DNA of 64,000 nucleotides from Longimicrobiales bacterium (lineage in GTDB: Bacteria; Gemmatimonadota; Gemmatimonadetes; Longimicrobiales; Gaopeijiaceae). Position 1 is the first letter of the stretch. Every line of letters starts with the position of its first letter. Below the pieces are notes generated by a model. The model was not told the DNA's origin and searched no databases. It saw only the letters and a list, made by a program, of their open reading frames with translations. Below are positions 10,732 through 20,242 of the stretch, piece by piece. The stretch is taken from NCBI GenBank assembly GCA_965226375.1, contig CBDDCX010000006.1, forward strand, positions 480,001 to 544,000, written 5' to 3'. The position numbers and the translations under genes are program-made.

Positions 10732-11440
10732 GGAGCATCTTGCTCCCGGCGCGGATCGTTCCCCTGACGGAGCCGGAGATCTTGGACTCCCCTGCGGACC
10801 GGGCCCCATGGGCGACCTCGATCTCGATGATGCGGAACGCCTGGGTGGTGGCCCGGATTTGCATCTGCAGCGTCCAGCCCCAGTTGCGATCGTCCATTTC
10901 CAGCTCGGCCAGCTTGCGGAAGTCGATGGCCCGGAACGGAGGCAGGTCGCGAAAGCTCCGACCGTAAAGGATGCGAATCATCGAAGTGATCAGGCGGTTG
11001 CCGACCCGTGCATGGGGAAAGAGCGTGCCGACCTTGTCGACGCCTCTCCGTCTGACACCCAACGTGAGATCCGCCTCATCATCGAGGATCGGACGCGTGA
11101 GCATCTCGATCTGTCCCGGGCCCTCGTCGTGATCCGCATCCAGGAATACCAGAACCGCGGGCGGGTTCGGCATGGAGCGCAGGAACTCGATGCCCGCCAA
11201 ACATGCCGCCCCGTACCCCCGCTCCGGCTCCGTGACGAGGTAGGCCCCTCCCTGGACCGCCACATCCGGAGTCCGGTCCCTGGAACCGTTGTCGACCACC
11301 ACGACGGGCCCCACGGACCGATCGCGCAGGTCTGCGAGGAGCCCCGGAAGGGTCTCTTGCTCATCGAGGGCGGGGATCAGCACTGCAACGGAATGGGTCA
11401 CGGTCAGACCGGGAGCGGTGGAGACGACAGAGGCGATCAT
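10694..11440 (-). CDS. Glycosyltransferase family 2, polyprenol-phosphate-sugar synthase-like
   Basis: IPALDE, VVDNGSRD, RGYGAACLAG, FLDAD, WGWTLQMQIRA and GESKISG motifs. Confidence 0.88.
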   Translation of the reverse strand: MIASVVSTAPGLTVTHSVAVLIPALDEQETLPGLLADLRDRSVGPVVVVDNGSRDRTPDVAVQGGAYLVTEPERGYGAACLAGIEFLRSMPNPPAVLVFLDADHDEGPGQIEMLTRPILDDEADLTLGVRRRGVDKVGTLFPHARVGNRLITSMIRILYGRSFRDLPPFRAIDFRKLAELEMDDRNWGWTLQMQIRATTQAFRIIEIEVAHGARSAGESKISGSVRGTIRAGSKMLLTLATERLRRRR

Positions 11441-11474
11441 CGTGAACCTAACGCCTGATGAAAAGGAACCCTTC

Positions 11475-12782
11475 ATGAGGCCGGGCCGTTTCCTCGCGGC
11501 CATGGGTGCCGTCGAATGCGTCTTCCTGGTTACCGCCGCCTGGTGGCCGGAGCGCGGGTTCCCCTGGCCTGGTTTGGGGCTGGTCGGAGGTGCCTTCCTG
11601 GCCTACGTGCTTGCCGCCCGTGCCACCGGAAAAAGTGGCGGCACTCCGACCTCCCCGGGGGAGATCGGATCCCCCTCGTCGAGCTCGCACAGCACCCAGC
11701 TGATGATCATCTGGGGTTGGGCCGTAGTCCTACGCCTGCTCCTGCTTCCCGTGGCCCCGGAACTCACGGACGACTTCTACCGCTACCTCTGGGACGGACA
11801 CGTTCAGCTCCAGGGGGTGAACCCGTACCTCTATGCCCCGGGGGACCCGGCCCTTGAGGCGCTCCGGACACCTTGGCACGGGCTCATCAACAACCCCTCG
11901 GTGTCAACGATCTACCCGCCCTTGGCTCAGATGGTCTTTCTCCTCAACGCTTTGCTGGGCGGGACCATCCTGGGGCTCAAGGTGGTGTGGGTGTGCCTGG
12001 ATCTCGTGACCGCCTGGCTCCTGGGTAGGGTGGCGAGTCGCTCGGGCCGTGACCCACGTGGGGTGTTGATCCTCTACTTGTGGTCACCGTTGCTTATCAT
12101 CGAGACTGCCTGGAACGGGCACCTCGAGACCTTGGGGTTGGTGTTCATCGCACTCCTCCTCTATCTCGGTGCCCATCCGGTGCGGGTGGGTCTGGCACTG
12201 GCGCTCGCTGCCCTGGCCAAGTTCGCTCCGGCCGCCGCACTACCTCCACTGTGGAGGCGATACGGGTGGAGGACTCTGCTGGCCTTTGGTGCCACAGTGG
12301 CTGCGCTCTATCTGCCCTACGCGTCGGCGGGGACGATGCTGTGGGGAGGTCTGTCGACCTTCGCCGAGCACTGGCGGTTCCAGGAGGGGGCGTTCGCGGT
12401 GCTGGAATGGATCATTCCTGGCCCCCGGGCGCCTCGCGTGGCGGCGGGATTGATCGTCCTCGGGGTCATCGGCTGGACGGCCTGGAGGTCGTACGATGCC
12501 GAGAAGGCACTCTTCTGGATCCTGGGGACCGGCCTTCTACTCTCCCACACCGTCCACCCCTGGTACGTTCTCTGGGCGCTTCCCTTCGCGGCCCTGCGAC
12601 GTAACCGCGGCTGGATCCTTCTAAGCGGGCTCGTATTCCTCGGCTACTGGGGTCTCGAGACCTCTCACATCAAGGGGATCTGGCCTCAGCCCGTTTGGGC
12701 CCGTGTGCTCCTTTGGGCTCCCGTGTTCGGGCTCCTCCTGTACGACGGCGTCAAAGATCGGAGACGCCGCGTCGCGGCCTAG
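11475..12782 (+). CDS. Multi-pass GT-C glycosyltransferase (GT87/DUF2029-like)
   Basis: LTDDFYRYLWDG, NPYLYAP, TIYPPLAQ, WSPLLIIETAWNGH and HTVHPWY motifs; many TM segments. Confidence 0.8.
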   Translation: MRPGRFLAAMGAVECVFLVTAAWWPERGFPWPGLGLVGGAFLAYVLAARATGKSGGTPTSPGEIGSPSSSSHSTQLMIIWGWAVVLRLLLLPVAPELTDDFYRYLWDGHVQLQGVNPYLYAPGDPALEALRTPWHGLINNPSVSTIYPPLAQMVFLLNALLGGTILGLKVVWVCLDLVTAWLLGRVASRSGRDPRGVLILYLWSPLLIIETAWNGHLETLGLVFIALLLYLGAHPVRVGLALALAALAKFAPAAALPPLWRRYGWRTLLAFGATVAALYLPYASAGTMLWGGLSTFAEHWRFQEGAFAVLEWIIPGPRAPRVAAGLIVLGVIGWTAWRSYDAEKALFWILGTGLLLSHTVHPWYVLWALPFAALRRNRGWILLSGLVFLGYWGLETSHIKGIWPQPVWARVLLWAPVFGLLLYDGVKDRRRRVAA

Positions 12783-14213
12783 GTCGCCCAGCCCCCCCAG
12801 CCCCAAGCCCAGGTAGCCCGAGCCGAACAGCACGATGAACGGCACCGATCCGTGGAATCCGGCCACGAGCGCACCGGCCAGGTAGCCGACCATCACCGCT
12901 CCCATGGACAACTTCAGGACCAGATCACGTGTGGCGACGGGGGTACGATAGGAGGTGCGCTCGGCCTCACCTTTCTTGGGAGTTCGAACGAAGGCATCGT
13001 CGCCCCGGTGGAAGAGCCCCCGGATCACCGATCCGGTCACCGCGACGGTCAGCCCCACACCCAGGGCCAACGCCTGCGGAACGGCTCGCAGGCTCCAGGC
13101 CCAGTCCCGCCCCCGCTTGCGGGCGGCCTGAGAGTAGAACACGAGGAAGGGCACCGTAGCTGCCGTGAACACCAGAAGGTCCGGGAGCAGATAGTGCTCG
13201 ACGCCGAGCGTGCGTCGAGCGATCTGAGAGGGCAGCAGCAGAAGGCCCAACATCAGCGTGAGCGGATGAGCGAGGTGGCCACACAGGTGCACCGTCGCCT
13301 CCAGCTTTACGCCGAGGGGCCACGGTCCCCGGAGCAACTCCGGCAGGACCTTCTTCGCAGTCTGGATCCCTCCCTGCGCCCACCGTCTCTGCTGCACTTC
13401 CAGGGCACCGACCGTGGACGGAATCTCGGCAGGCACACCGATGTCCTCCAGGAAAACGAAGTCCCATCCCTTCATCTGTGCCCGGTAACTGAGATCCAGA
13501 TCCTCAGTCAGGGTGTCGGCCCGCCAGCCGCCGGCCTCTTCGACGCATGTACGGCGCCACATGCCCGCCGTGCCATTGAAGTTGAAGAAGCGCCCGCTCT
13601 TGTATCGACCGCCCTGCTCGAAGAAGAAATGGCCATCGAGAAAGAGGCTCTGGCCCTTCGTCAGCCAGCTCTCGTCCGCATTCAGATGGTCCCAACGAGC
13701 TTGTACCATACCCACGCCCTGGTCGCGAAACGGGGGTAGGATATTCCGGACCAAGTCCGGTGGGGCCACGAAGTCCGCATCCAGAACGAGGAGGAAGTCT
13801 CCTCGTGATCGCGCGGTTCCGTGGGCCAGGGCGCCCGCCTTGTACCCTTCCCGCGTCGCTCGCCTGATGTGCTCGACGGAGACGCCTTTGGTTCGCCACT
13901 GGGCGGCGAGTTCCCGCGCGATGTCGGTCGTGCCGTCCGTGGAATCGTCCAGGATCTGCACGTCGAAACGATCGCGGGGATAGTCCTGCCCGCACGCCGC
14001 ATCCACGAGCCGGCCAATGACATGGACCTCATTGTAGACAGGCAACTGGATGGTAACCCGAGGAAGCTCCTGCTCGGGCCATGGATCCCGAACCGCCAGC
14101 CGCTCCCGTCGCGAGAGCCATAGCAGGTAGGTCCTGTGCACGGCGAAGGGCAGCAGTAGGGCGAGCACACCTGCCGTGACAAACAGCGTGATGTAAGCCA
14201 GCACTTCCGGCAT
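12621..14213 (-). CDS. Membrane GT2 glycosyltransferase, cellulose synthase-like
   Basis: VTIQLPVYNE, ILDDSTD, GYKAGAL, LDADF, FNFNGTAG, TEDLDL and QQRRWAQG (D,D,D,QxxRW). Confidence 0.9.
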   Translation of the reverse strand: MPEVLAYITLFVTAGVLALLLPFAVHRTYLLWLSRRERLAVRDPWPEQELPRVTIQLPVYNEVHVIGRLVDAACGQDYPRDRFDVQILDDSTDGTTDIARELAAQWRTKGVSVEHIRRATREGYKAGALAHGTARSRGDFLLVLDADFVAPPDLVRNILPPFRDQGVGMVQARWDHLNADESWLTKGQSLFLDGHFFFEQGGRYKSGRFFNFNGTAGMWRRTCVEEAGGWRADTLTEDLDLSYRAQMKGWDFVFLEDIGVPAEIPSTVGALEVQQRRWAQGGIQTAKKVLPELLRGPWPLGVKLEATVHLCGHLAHPLTLMLGLLLLPSQIARRTLGVEHYLLPDLLVFTAATVPFLVFYSQAARKRGRDWAWSLRAVPQALALGVGLTVAVTGSVIRGLFHRGDDAFVRTPKKGEAERTSYRTPVATRDLVLKLSMGAVMVGYLAGALVAGFHGSVPFIVLFGSGYLGLGLGGLGDLGRDAASPIFDAVVQEEPEHGSPKEHTGPNGLRPDPLDVRGLETPVAEEYEPA

Positions 14214-14310
14214 TCGGCTCGCCCGGGTGAGGAAATCAGATGAGAAGGAGTACTCGTAGACCCAGTGTATCCCCAACCCGGCCGCAGGGCATGGTGTTCC
14301 GGGCCCGATC

Positions 14311-15985
14311 CTACCCGCCCGTCAGAACAGAGACGATGTCCATCCTTGTCGCGGAGCGGGCCGGGCCATAGCTGGAGATCAGCCCCAACATCAGGAAAAC
14401 GACCGGAAGAATCACCAACGACCAGGGATGGATTCTGGAAACTCCGAAGAGGAGGTGGGCCCAGAATCCCGAAACGGCGTACGCCAAGGGCAGTCCCAGC
14501 AAGAAACCGTAGAGCATGAGCCCCAGGCCGTCTCGTAACACGAGGAGCCGAACGGCACCACTTCTGGCGCCCAACGCCAACCGGATCGCCATCTCTCTCT
14601 GGCGCCGGCACACCCAAGAATTGACGATTCCGTAGAGACCGACGCTGACCAGAAGAAGCGCGACCAGGGCGGAGATCACGACCAGCGAGAATCTGGTGCG
14701 CTCGTCCGACGTCGTGTTCGCCACGAGCTCTGCGAGCGTGGCGGCTTCAATGATCGGAGCATCGGGATCCACGGACCACACCTCGCGCCTCACCGCCGGC
14801 ATGAGTGACGCGGCTTCGACGTCGGTTCTCAGAACGACGTTCCTGTTCCAACGAGGACTGCGGGCAAAGGTCATATAAATCATGGGTGGGGTGACTTCGG
14901 ACAATGACTCGTGCTTCACGTCGCCCACCACCCCTATGACTCCAGCGGATCGGGTCGGCCCGGGCGAGTCAACGCCTTTCCCACGGCAACCTCACCAGGC
15001 CAGAGCGCATCGGCGAGCGTCCGGTTGACCAGTACGACGTTCCTCGAGTCCTCAACATCCCGGGAGTCGAACGCTCGACCGCGTATCAGGGGCATCCCGA
15101 CCACCTCCAGATAGCCGGGACTGACGAGCCAGACGACTCCCTTATGATCTGATGTGGGATCATCGGGCCTCCCGAACCGGTCCTCGATGGCTCGACCCGT
15201 CAGCGTGCTGTAATTCACAGAAGCGACGCCTTCCACCCCCGGCAGGTCCGCGAGACGTCGATAAATCTCCGCGTAGAAGGCCTGCGCCCCTTCGGGTGAT
15301 CCCGCGGGCCGAAGCCGAAAGGTCAGGACGTCGGTATCGATACCGGGGTCGACCCGTGTCAGCTGCCAAAGGCTCCGGGTCAGATGAGCGGCGGCGGTGA
15401 GCAATACGACCGACACGGCCACCTCGGCCACGACGAGAAGGCTCCTCGTCCGCGTCTGGCGTAGGCTCGCCGTCGAGTTCCGACCCCGCTCCGACACGCG
15501 GCGGTACGCGTCCCGCGTCGCATGGAGGGCGGGACCGGTCCCCATGAGCAGGGCGCTCACAACGCAGACGGCCAAGGAGAAACCCAACGCCCTCGCGTCC
15601 ATAACGACATCACCGGCGAAAGATCCGCTCCCTACGAACAGGATCCCCAACCGGTTCGTCAACATGAACGCGAGGCCCACGCCCAACACTCCGCCGACTC
15701 CCGCCAGAACAATGCTCTCGGTGAGAAGTTGCGTGATCAGGTCGCTCCGGCTCGCACCGAGAGACACGCGCACCCCGAACTCGCCCCGTCGATCGTCACC
15801 ACGACCCAGCATCAGGCCCGCCACGTTGGCGATGGCGATGGTCAGGACCAAGAGCGCGCTGGCAAGCGCGAACAGAAGCGTGCGCTTGACGTCGCGGGCC
15901 TGCCACTCGGAGTCCACAGATCGATGCCGTCCGGGCTCCGCCGGCGCGATGCCCGGATCGGGCGAAAGCCCGCCGGCATCACGCC
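14311..15985 (-). pseudogene. Degraded MacB/FtsX-type ABC permease (duplicated orphan permease style): 5' truncated, internally deleted and frameshifted
   Basis: Three pieces in shifting frames: GVMPAGF...IDLWTP (about 15985-15910), LTIAIANVAGLMLGR...RVSLGASR...QLLTES (15917-14934) and VIGVVGDVK...REMAIRLALGA (14940-14311). One base is missing at CTG GA GTC ATA, about 14940. Confidence 0.8.
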
Positions 15986-16097
15986 GGAGTCAGTGCTCTG
16001 GTGCCCGCGCGAAGAGCCGCTGCGGCGGATCAAGTCGAAATTCTGCGAACGGACGAATGAGGCGGACTGGACGCGCCGGCACGCGGCTCGGATCGCG

Positions 16098-16574
16098 TCA
16101 GCCCGGCGTGCCTCCGGCTTCCTCGATCTCGGCAGTCCAGCCGATCTCAACGGCACCCTTCAGGCTCTGCGCCGTAGGGCACTTGTCCACATGTCGTGCG
16201 AGCGCCTTGTCCACGGTCTCACGAGTCCCTTCGGGAATCTGGATGGCATAGTGGACATTGATCGAGGTGAGGACGGGAACCCTGTCTCGCATCTCGTTGA
16301 TCCCCTCCGCACTGGAGCGGATGTGATCGCTCGGCAACTTGACCCCGCGCACCTCCAGTGCGCCTATGAGAGTCCCGAGTAGTCAGCCGGCTGCCGCGGC
16401 CACGAGATAATCCACGGGAAGAGGCAGGTTCGGTTCCGAATCGAGTCCATAGTGGGCTTTCACCGGACCGTGCACGCCGAAGTCGACTTGAGTGCCATCC
16501 TCCAGAAGGGCGCGCCGGTGGACTCCCGACAGCCTTCCAACCTCGGACCGCGCGATGTAGAACGGATCGCTCAT
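16098..16574 (-). CDS. OsmC/Ohr-family peroxiredoxin with in-frame UGA, predicted selenocysteine at the first catalytic Cys (158 aa)
   Basis: Track ORFs 16383..16736 and 16098..16352 share one frame: PVDYLVAAAAG-TGA(16385-16383)-LLGTLIGALEVRGV...KCPTAQSL. The resolving Cys is present and a hairpin follows the UGA. Confidence 0.82.
16341..16374 (-). promoter_or_regulatory. Candidate bacterial SECIS hairpin
   Basis: Minus strand GACUC-UCAUAG-GCGCAC-UGGAG-GUGCGC-G-GGGUC starting 8 nt after the UGA: 6-bp apical stem, G-rich loop and 5-bp lower stem. Confidence 0.7.
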
Positions 16575-16765
16575 TCCGCCACCTCCCCCTCTGGTTCCGT
16601 TGTCGCCACTTCGAAGCCCGGGCAATCGAGCACGGGTAGCGGCGGGTATTTGCGATAACGCGAGTCCTCGAATGATCGCTCGCAGAGATGAAAGATAGAC
16701 CCTCGCTTGTTCTCGACCACCCGGACGAAGGCGCATTTCTCACAAAGTCCCACGGGCCCGATCAA
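16571..16765 (-). CDS. Small Cys-rich hypothetical protein (64 aa), possible metal-binding
   Basis: GLCEKC...HLCERS...YRKYPPLPVLDCPGF. Its TTG start overlaps the pgeF-like stop and its stop overlaps the osmC ATG. Confidence 0.7.
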   Translation of the reverse strand: MIGPVGLCEKCAFVRVVENKRGSIFHLCERSFEDSRYRKYPPLPVLDCPGFEVATTEPEGEVAE

Positions 16766-17499
16766 GGCCGAACTCCCAGCAGCGCCGACTGGCGCTCGGA
16801 TCGCCCGCCCCGGTGTGAGAACAATCGGGCCGTTCCGCAAACAGTGCATTGCTCCGAAACCGAGATGTGTCCCTGTTCGAGACCGAGTCCCAACGCCTGC
16901 GAGACCAGCACGGCGCGCACGTCAACAGGTGATGGACCGGGCGGCGGAGGCAGCTTCAATGCGTCGAACACCTCGGGGCCGACCTCATAGCAGTTTCTGC
17001 AGATGGCTGGTCCGAGATGCACCTCCAGATCGACGGCCTCCGAGCGAAAACGGGTGCGGAGTGTCCGGACCCCCTCCAAAAGGATGCCGCCCGCGATGCC
17101 TCTCCATCCGGCATGCAGCAGGGCCACGACACACCGTTGGGGATCAACCAGGTATACGGGCACGCAGTCCGCCACGGTAACCGCCAGCAGAACGCCCGAT
17201 GTGGACGTGGCGTGCCCATCCGCGGGATCACCCTGGATGTGTACCCCGGGGGCCAGCTCGTCGTGCACGGCCACCCGGGTCCCGTGCACCTGCCTGGCGT
17301 GGACTACCGCCCCGAATCCGCTGGCGTCCCGGAGCGTCCGCCAGCGCTCATCCGCCGCCGGGGAAGGGGTATCACCGAAGAGTCTCAGGTCGAACGGCTC
17401 GTCCGCGGGACCGGCATGGGTGATGCCGGCCAACAGCCAGGGGAAACGATCCAGCCACTCACCCACCGGATGAAACGGAACGACAGTGTCTGCGAGCAT
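16762..17499 (-). CDS. pgeF: YfiH/PgeF laccase-domain (polyphenol oxidase family) protein
   Basis: QVHG, VTVADCVPV, LHAGWRG, LGPAICRNCYEVG and CTVC...LFSHR motifs. Confidence 0.88.
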   Translation of the reverse strand: MLADTVVPFHPVGEWLDRFPWLLAGITHAGPADEPFDLRLFGDTPSPAADERWRTLRDASGFGAVVHARQVHGTRVAVHDELAPGVHIQGDPADGHATSTSGVLLAVTVADCVPVYLVDPQRCVVALLHAGWRGIAGGILLEGVRTLRTRFRSEAVDLEVHLGPAICRNCYEVGPEVFDALKLPPPPGPSPVDVRAVLVSQALGLGLEQGHISVSEQCTVCGTARLFSHRGGRSERQSALLGVRP

Positions 17500-17542
17500 G
17501 TCGGGGATACTTCAGATCCCCGAAGCGATTATCAAGGCAACC

Positions 17543-20002
17543 CTATCTCACGCCGGTCACACGCAAACCCGCCACCACAGTCCTGGGGAGTCCAGGGTGG
17601 AGCCCGGCCGGGCGCCGCGCCACGCTGTACCGCTCGTCGGTGAGATTCTGGATACCGGCGAACAAGGTCCCCACCCCCTCGAGGTACAAGTCCCCTGCCA
17701 GATTGAACACCACGTACGCATCCGTCCCCTCACCTTCGGGAATGTCCTCCTGCCCCGCCCGTGTGCGCATGGCGCCCGACGCCACCGTAGAGAGCGTCAC
17801 GCTCCACCCCGGACGATCGTACCCGATGCTCCCGCTCATCTGGTGCCCCGGCAGGTAGGGAAGCCTGTCGCCGATCTCCACCTCACCCCAGGGGCCGTAA
17901 TCGGAGTCGAACGCGGACCGGAATTCGGCACGGGTACGTGTGTAGGTAATACGTACCGGCAGGCTAGTGTCCCAGTCGCGCCCCCAGGCGAAGTCGTAAT
18001 CGACAGACGCTTCGACACCCAACACAACGGCATCACCACCGTTGTACGCCTCCCCGGTGCCGTCCTCTGCGGTGGCGAGCGTGGCCCGTCCGAGGATGTT
18101 CGTGTAGTCGCTGTAGAACATGCTCGCCTGGGCGGCCAGACCGGAGTCCCGCCACCTACCTCCCAGCTCGTAGTTGACGCTACTCTCCGGTCGTGTGACC
18201 TCGTCGGCGCCAGGCCCCTGCGGTCCGAACCCCCTGTGAACACCCCAAAAGAGATTGAGCGCGGGAGCGGCTCGATAGGAGAACCCGACACCCGGGATCC
18301 AGGCGTCCACCCGGTTCTTCTGGACGCGGGTCGGCTCCGCGCGCGCCGGGTCGTCCTTGGCGTAGTCTGTACGAGTAAAGTCGATATGCTCGAATCGGAT
18401 GCCGGGTGATACCCTCAGGCGCCCGAGCTCGATCTCATCCTGTACGAAGAAGGCGAGCGCGTCGGCCGAGCTGACGCGATTGGACTGGCTCCCGGGCTCG
18501 CCGGGGGTCGTGAGGACCATACCCTCGTCCCGCATCTCGAAGGCGTCCTCCCATTGGAAGCGGTCCTCCTGGTCACGGTGGAACCGCACGCCCACCTCCA
18601 CCGCATGATCGCCGCGGCTGAGACCCAACGCTGACTGCACACCCTGCGCGAAGTAGTCACGGTTGTTCGCCCTGACCCGGAGTGCGTTGGGATCACTACC
18701 ATGGCCGCGCAGGACAGCCAACGCCGTCCCATGCTCGTCCGGAGCATCCAAGACTTCGCTGATACCCGTGCCGAGCACGCTCTGCAGCTTGTACCAGTTC
18801 CGTGAGAAGTCATTGCGATAGGCCGTGGTCGTCACGTCGACCGCCCCGTGAACCCAAAAGTGTCGGAGCTGAATCTGCGAATGCTCCGCCTTCATCAGGT
18901 CTGACTCGGAGGCTGGATATCGGTGCAGCGGATTCACGGCGAAGTCCGCGTCCGTGAGGCCGAGATAGGTTGATGCCGACTCTTCGTCGGTGTATCCGAG
19001 CTTGGGCTCCAGCTGCTGATACCAAGGACTGCTGCGATCGCTGTTGATCCGGACCTTGCCCATGAAATCGGCCACGTCGAAGCCGGTCGGGGCAGCGCTG
19101 GCCAACTCCTTGAAACCATCGGTCTCCAGCGAGTACGCCTCGATGAGCCAACCGAGGCGGGCCCCCGAATCGCCGATGCGCCCGTGGCCCCTCAACGTAC
19201 CGTTCTCACCCCCCGCCCCCTCCATGAACCACGTGAGCCGATCCGGGATCGACGACGAAACCAGATTGATCGCGCCGCCGATGGTTCGGGGACCATACCG
19301 GACCTGGCTCGATCCCTTACGGACCTCCACGGCCTCCATACGTCCCGCCACCGGAAAGTAGTAGGCGGACGGCGCTGTGTACGGTGCGGGAGCGATGAGC
19401 ACGCCGTCCTCCATGAGCGTGACCTTCGAGCTCCGGTCTACGCCGGTCCCTCTCAGGCCGATGTTGGGACGAAGTCCGAAACCGTCCTCGTCCTGCACGT
19501 TCACGCCCGGCACGAGCCGCAGGAAATCATGCACGTTGTCAAACACGAAGGCAGGAGATTCCAGGTCGGCTGCCACCAACACATGAGCCGCCCCCGGGAC
19601 CTCGTCGATGTCGAGGGGATCACCGATCATCCGTGTCCGTTCCATCAAGACCCTGATGGGATCGAGGCGGATCGGTCCAGCACCCATCTCGGCAACCAAT
19701 CGGAGTTCTCGGTCGTCGACCACCGTCACCGTCTTGGTAAGGGTGGAGTGCCCAAGGCGGACAAAGCGCAAGGATATGGTGCCTAGGGGTATCCCCCGCA
19801 GGGAGTAGCGCCCAGCATCATCGGAGAGGGTGCGAAGAGAGGTGCCCATCACCTCCACGGACCTTCCCGAAAGAGCCGAGCCGTCCTCGGTGGCCTGGAC
19901 GATTCCCGAAATCCTGCCGGGACCATCCTGCGCGTTCAGAGAAGATGAGAACAGTGAGGCCGCGACGATCAACTGCAGAGTCCTGCAAGTGGAGAAGCTC
20001 AT
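17543..20002 (-). CDS. TonB-dependent receptor, FecA/Fe(III)-dicitrate receptor-like
   Basis: Signal peptide, carboxypeptidase-regulatory-like N domain, plug motifs EDGFGLRPNIGLRG and APAPYTAPSAYYFP, C-terminal NLTDERY...PGLPRT. Confidence 0.9.
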   Translation of the reverse strand: MSFSTCRTLQLIVAASLFSSSLNAQDGPGRISGIVQATEDGSALSGRSVEVMGTSLRTLSDDAGRYSLRGIPLGTISLRFVRLGHSTLTKTVTVVDDRELRLVAEMGAGPIRLDPIRVLMERTRMIGDPLDIDEVPGAAHVLVAADLESPAFVFDNVHDFLRLVPGVNVQDEDGFGLRPNIGLRGTGVDRSSKVTLMEDGVLIAPAPYTAPSAYYFPVAGRMEAVEVRKGSSQVRYGPRTIGGAINLVSSSIPDRLTWFMEGAGGENGTLRGHGRIGDSGARLGWLIEAYSLETDGFKELASAAPTGFDVADFMGKVRINSDRSSPWYQQLEPKLGYTDEESASTYLGLTDADFAVNPLHRYPASESDLMKAEHSQIQLRHFWVHGAVDVTTTAYRNDFSRNWYKLQSVLGTGISEVLDAPDEHGTALAVLRGHGSDPNALRVRANNRDYFAQGVQSALGLSRGDHAVEVGVRFHRDQEDRFQWEDAFEMRDEGMVLTTPGEPGSQSNRVSSADALAFFVQDEIELGRLRVSPGIRFEHIDFTRTDYAKDDPARAEPTRVQKNRVDAWIPGVGFSYRAAPALNLFWGVHRGFGPQGPGADEVTRPESSVNYELGGRWRDSGLAAQASMFYSDYTNILGRATLATAEDGTGEAYNGGDAVVLGVEASVDYDFAWGRDWDTSLPVRITYTRTRAEFRSAFDSDYGPWGEVEIGDRLPYLPGHQMSGSIGYDRPGWSVTLSTVASGAMRTRAGQEDIPEGEGTDAYVVFNLAGDLYLEGVGTLFAGIQNLTDERYSVARRPAGLHPGLPRTVVAGLRVTGVR

Positions 20003-20065
20003 GCCCTGGCACCGTGCGTATCTATGTATAAACCCGGCGTTCGCACACATAGCGCGTATCGACGA

Positions 20066-20098
20066 GTGTTATATGAGAACGAGTCTCAATCACAACAC
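20066..20098. promoter_or_regulatory. Fur-box-like inverted repeat upstream of the TonB receptor (divergent with sucA)
   Basis: TGAGAAC-G-AGTCTCA (20074-20088) has 7-1-7 geometry, flanked by GTGTT...AACAC, about 70 nt upstream of an iron receptor gene. Confidence 0.65.
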
Positions 20099-20242
20099 GG
20101 AAGATATGTGCCGTCAACCCTGACGGCAACAACCACTTCAAGCTTGAGCCAGGGCTCGCCGGAGGGGGAAATTCGACTAGGTTACTGGTTCCTATTTTCG
20201 AGGTCGCCGAGGACCGATTACCGGTCCCGCCCGAAGCCGTGA

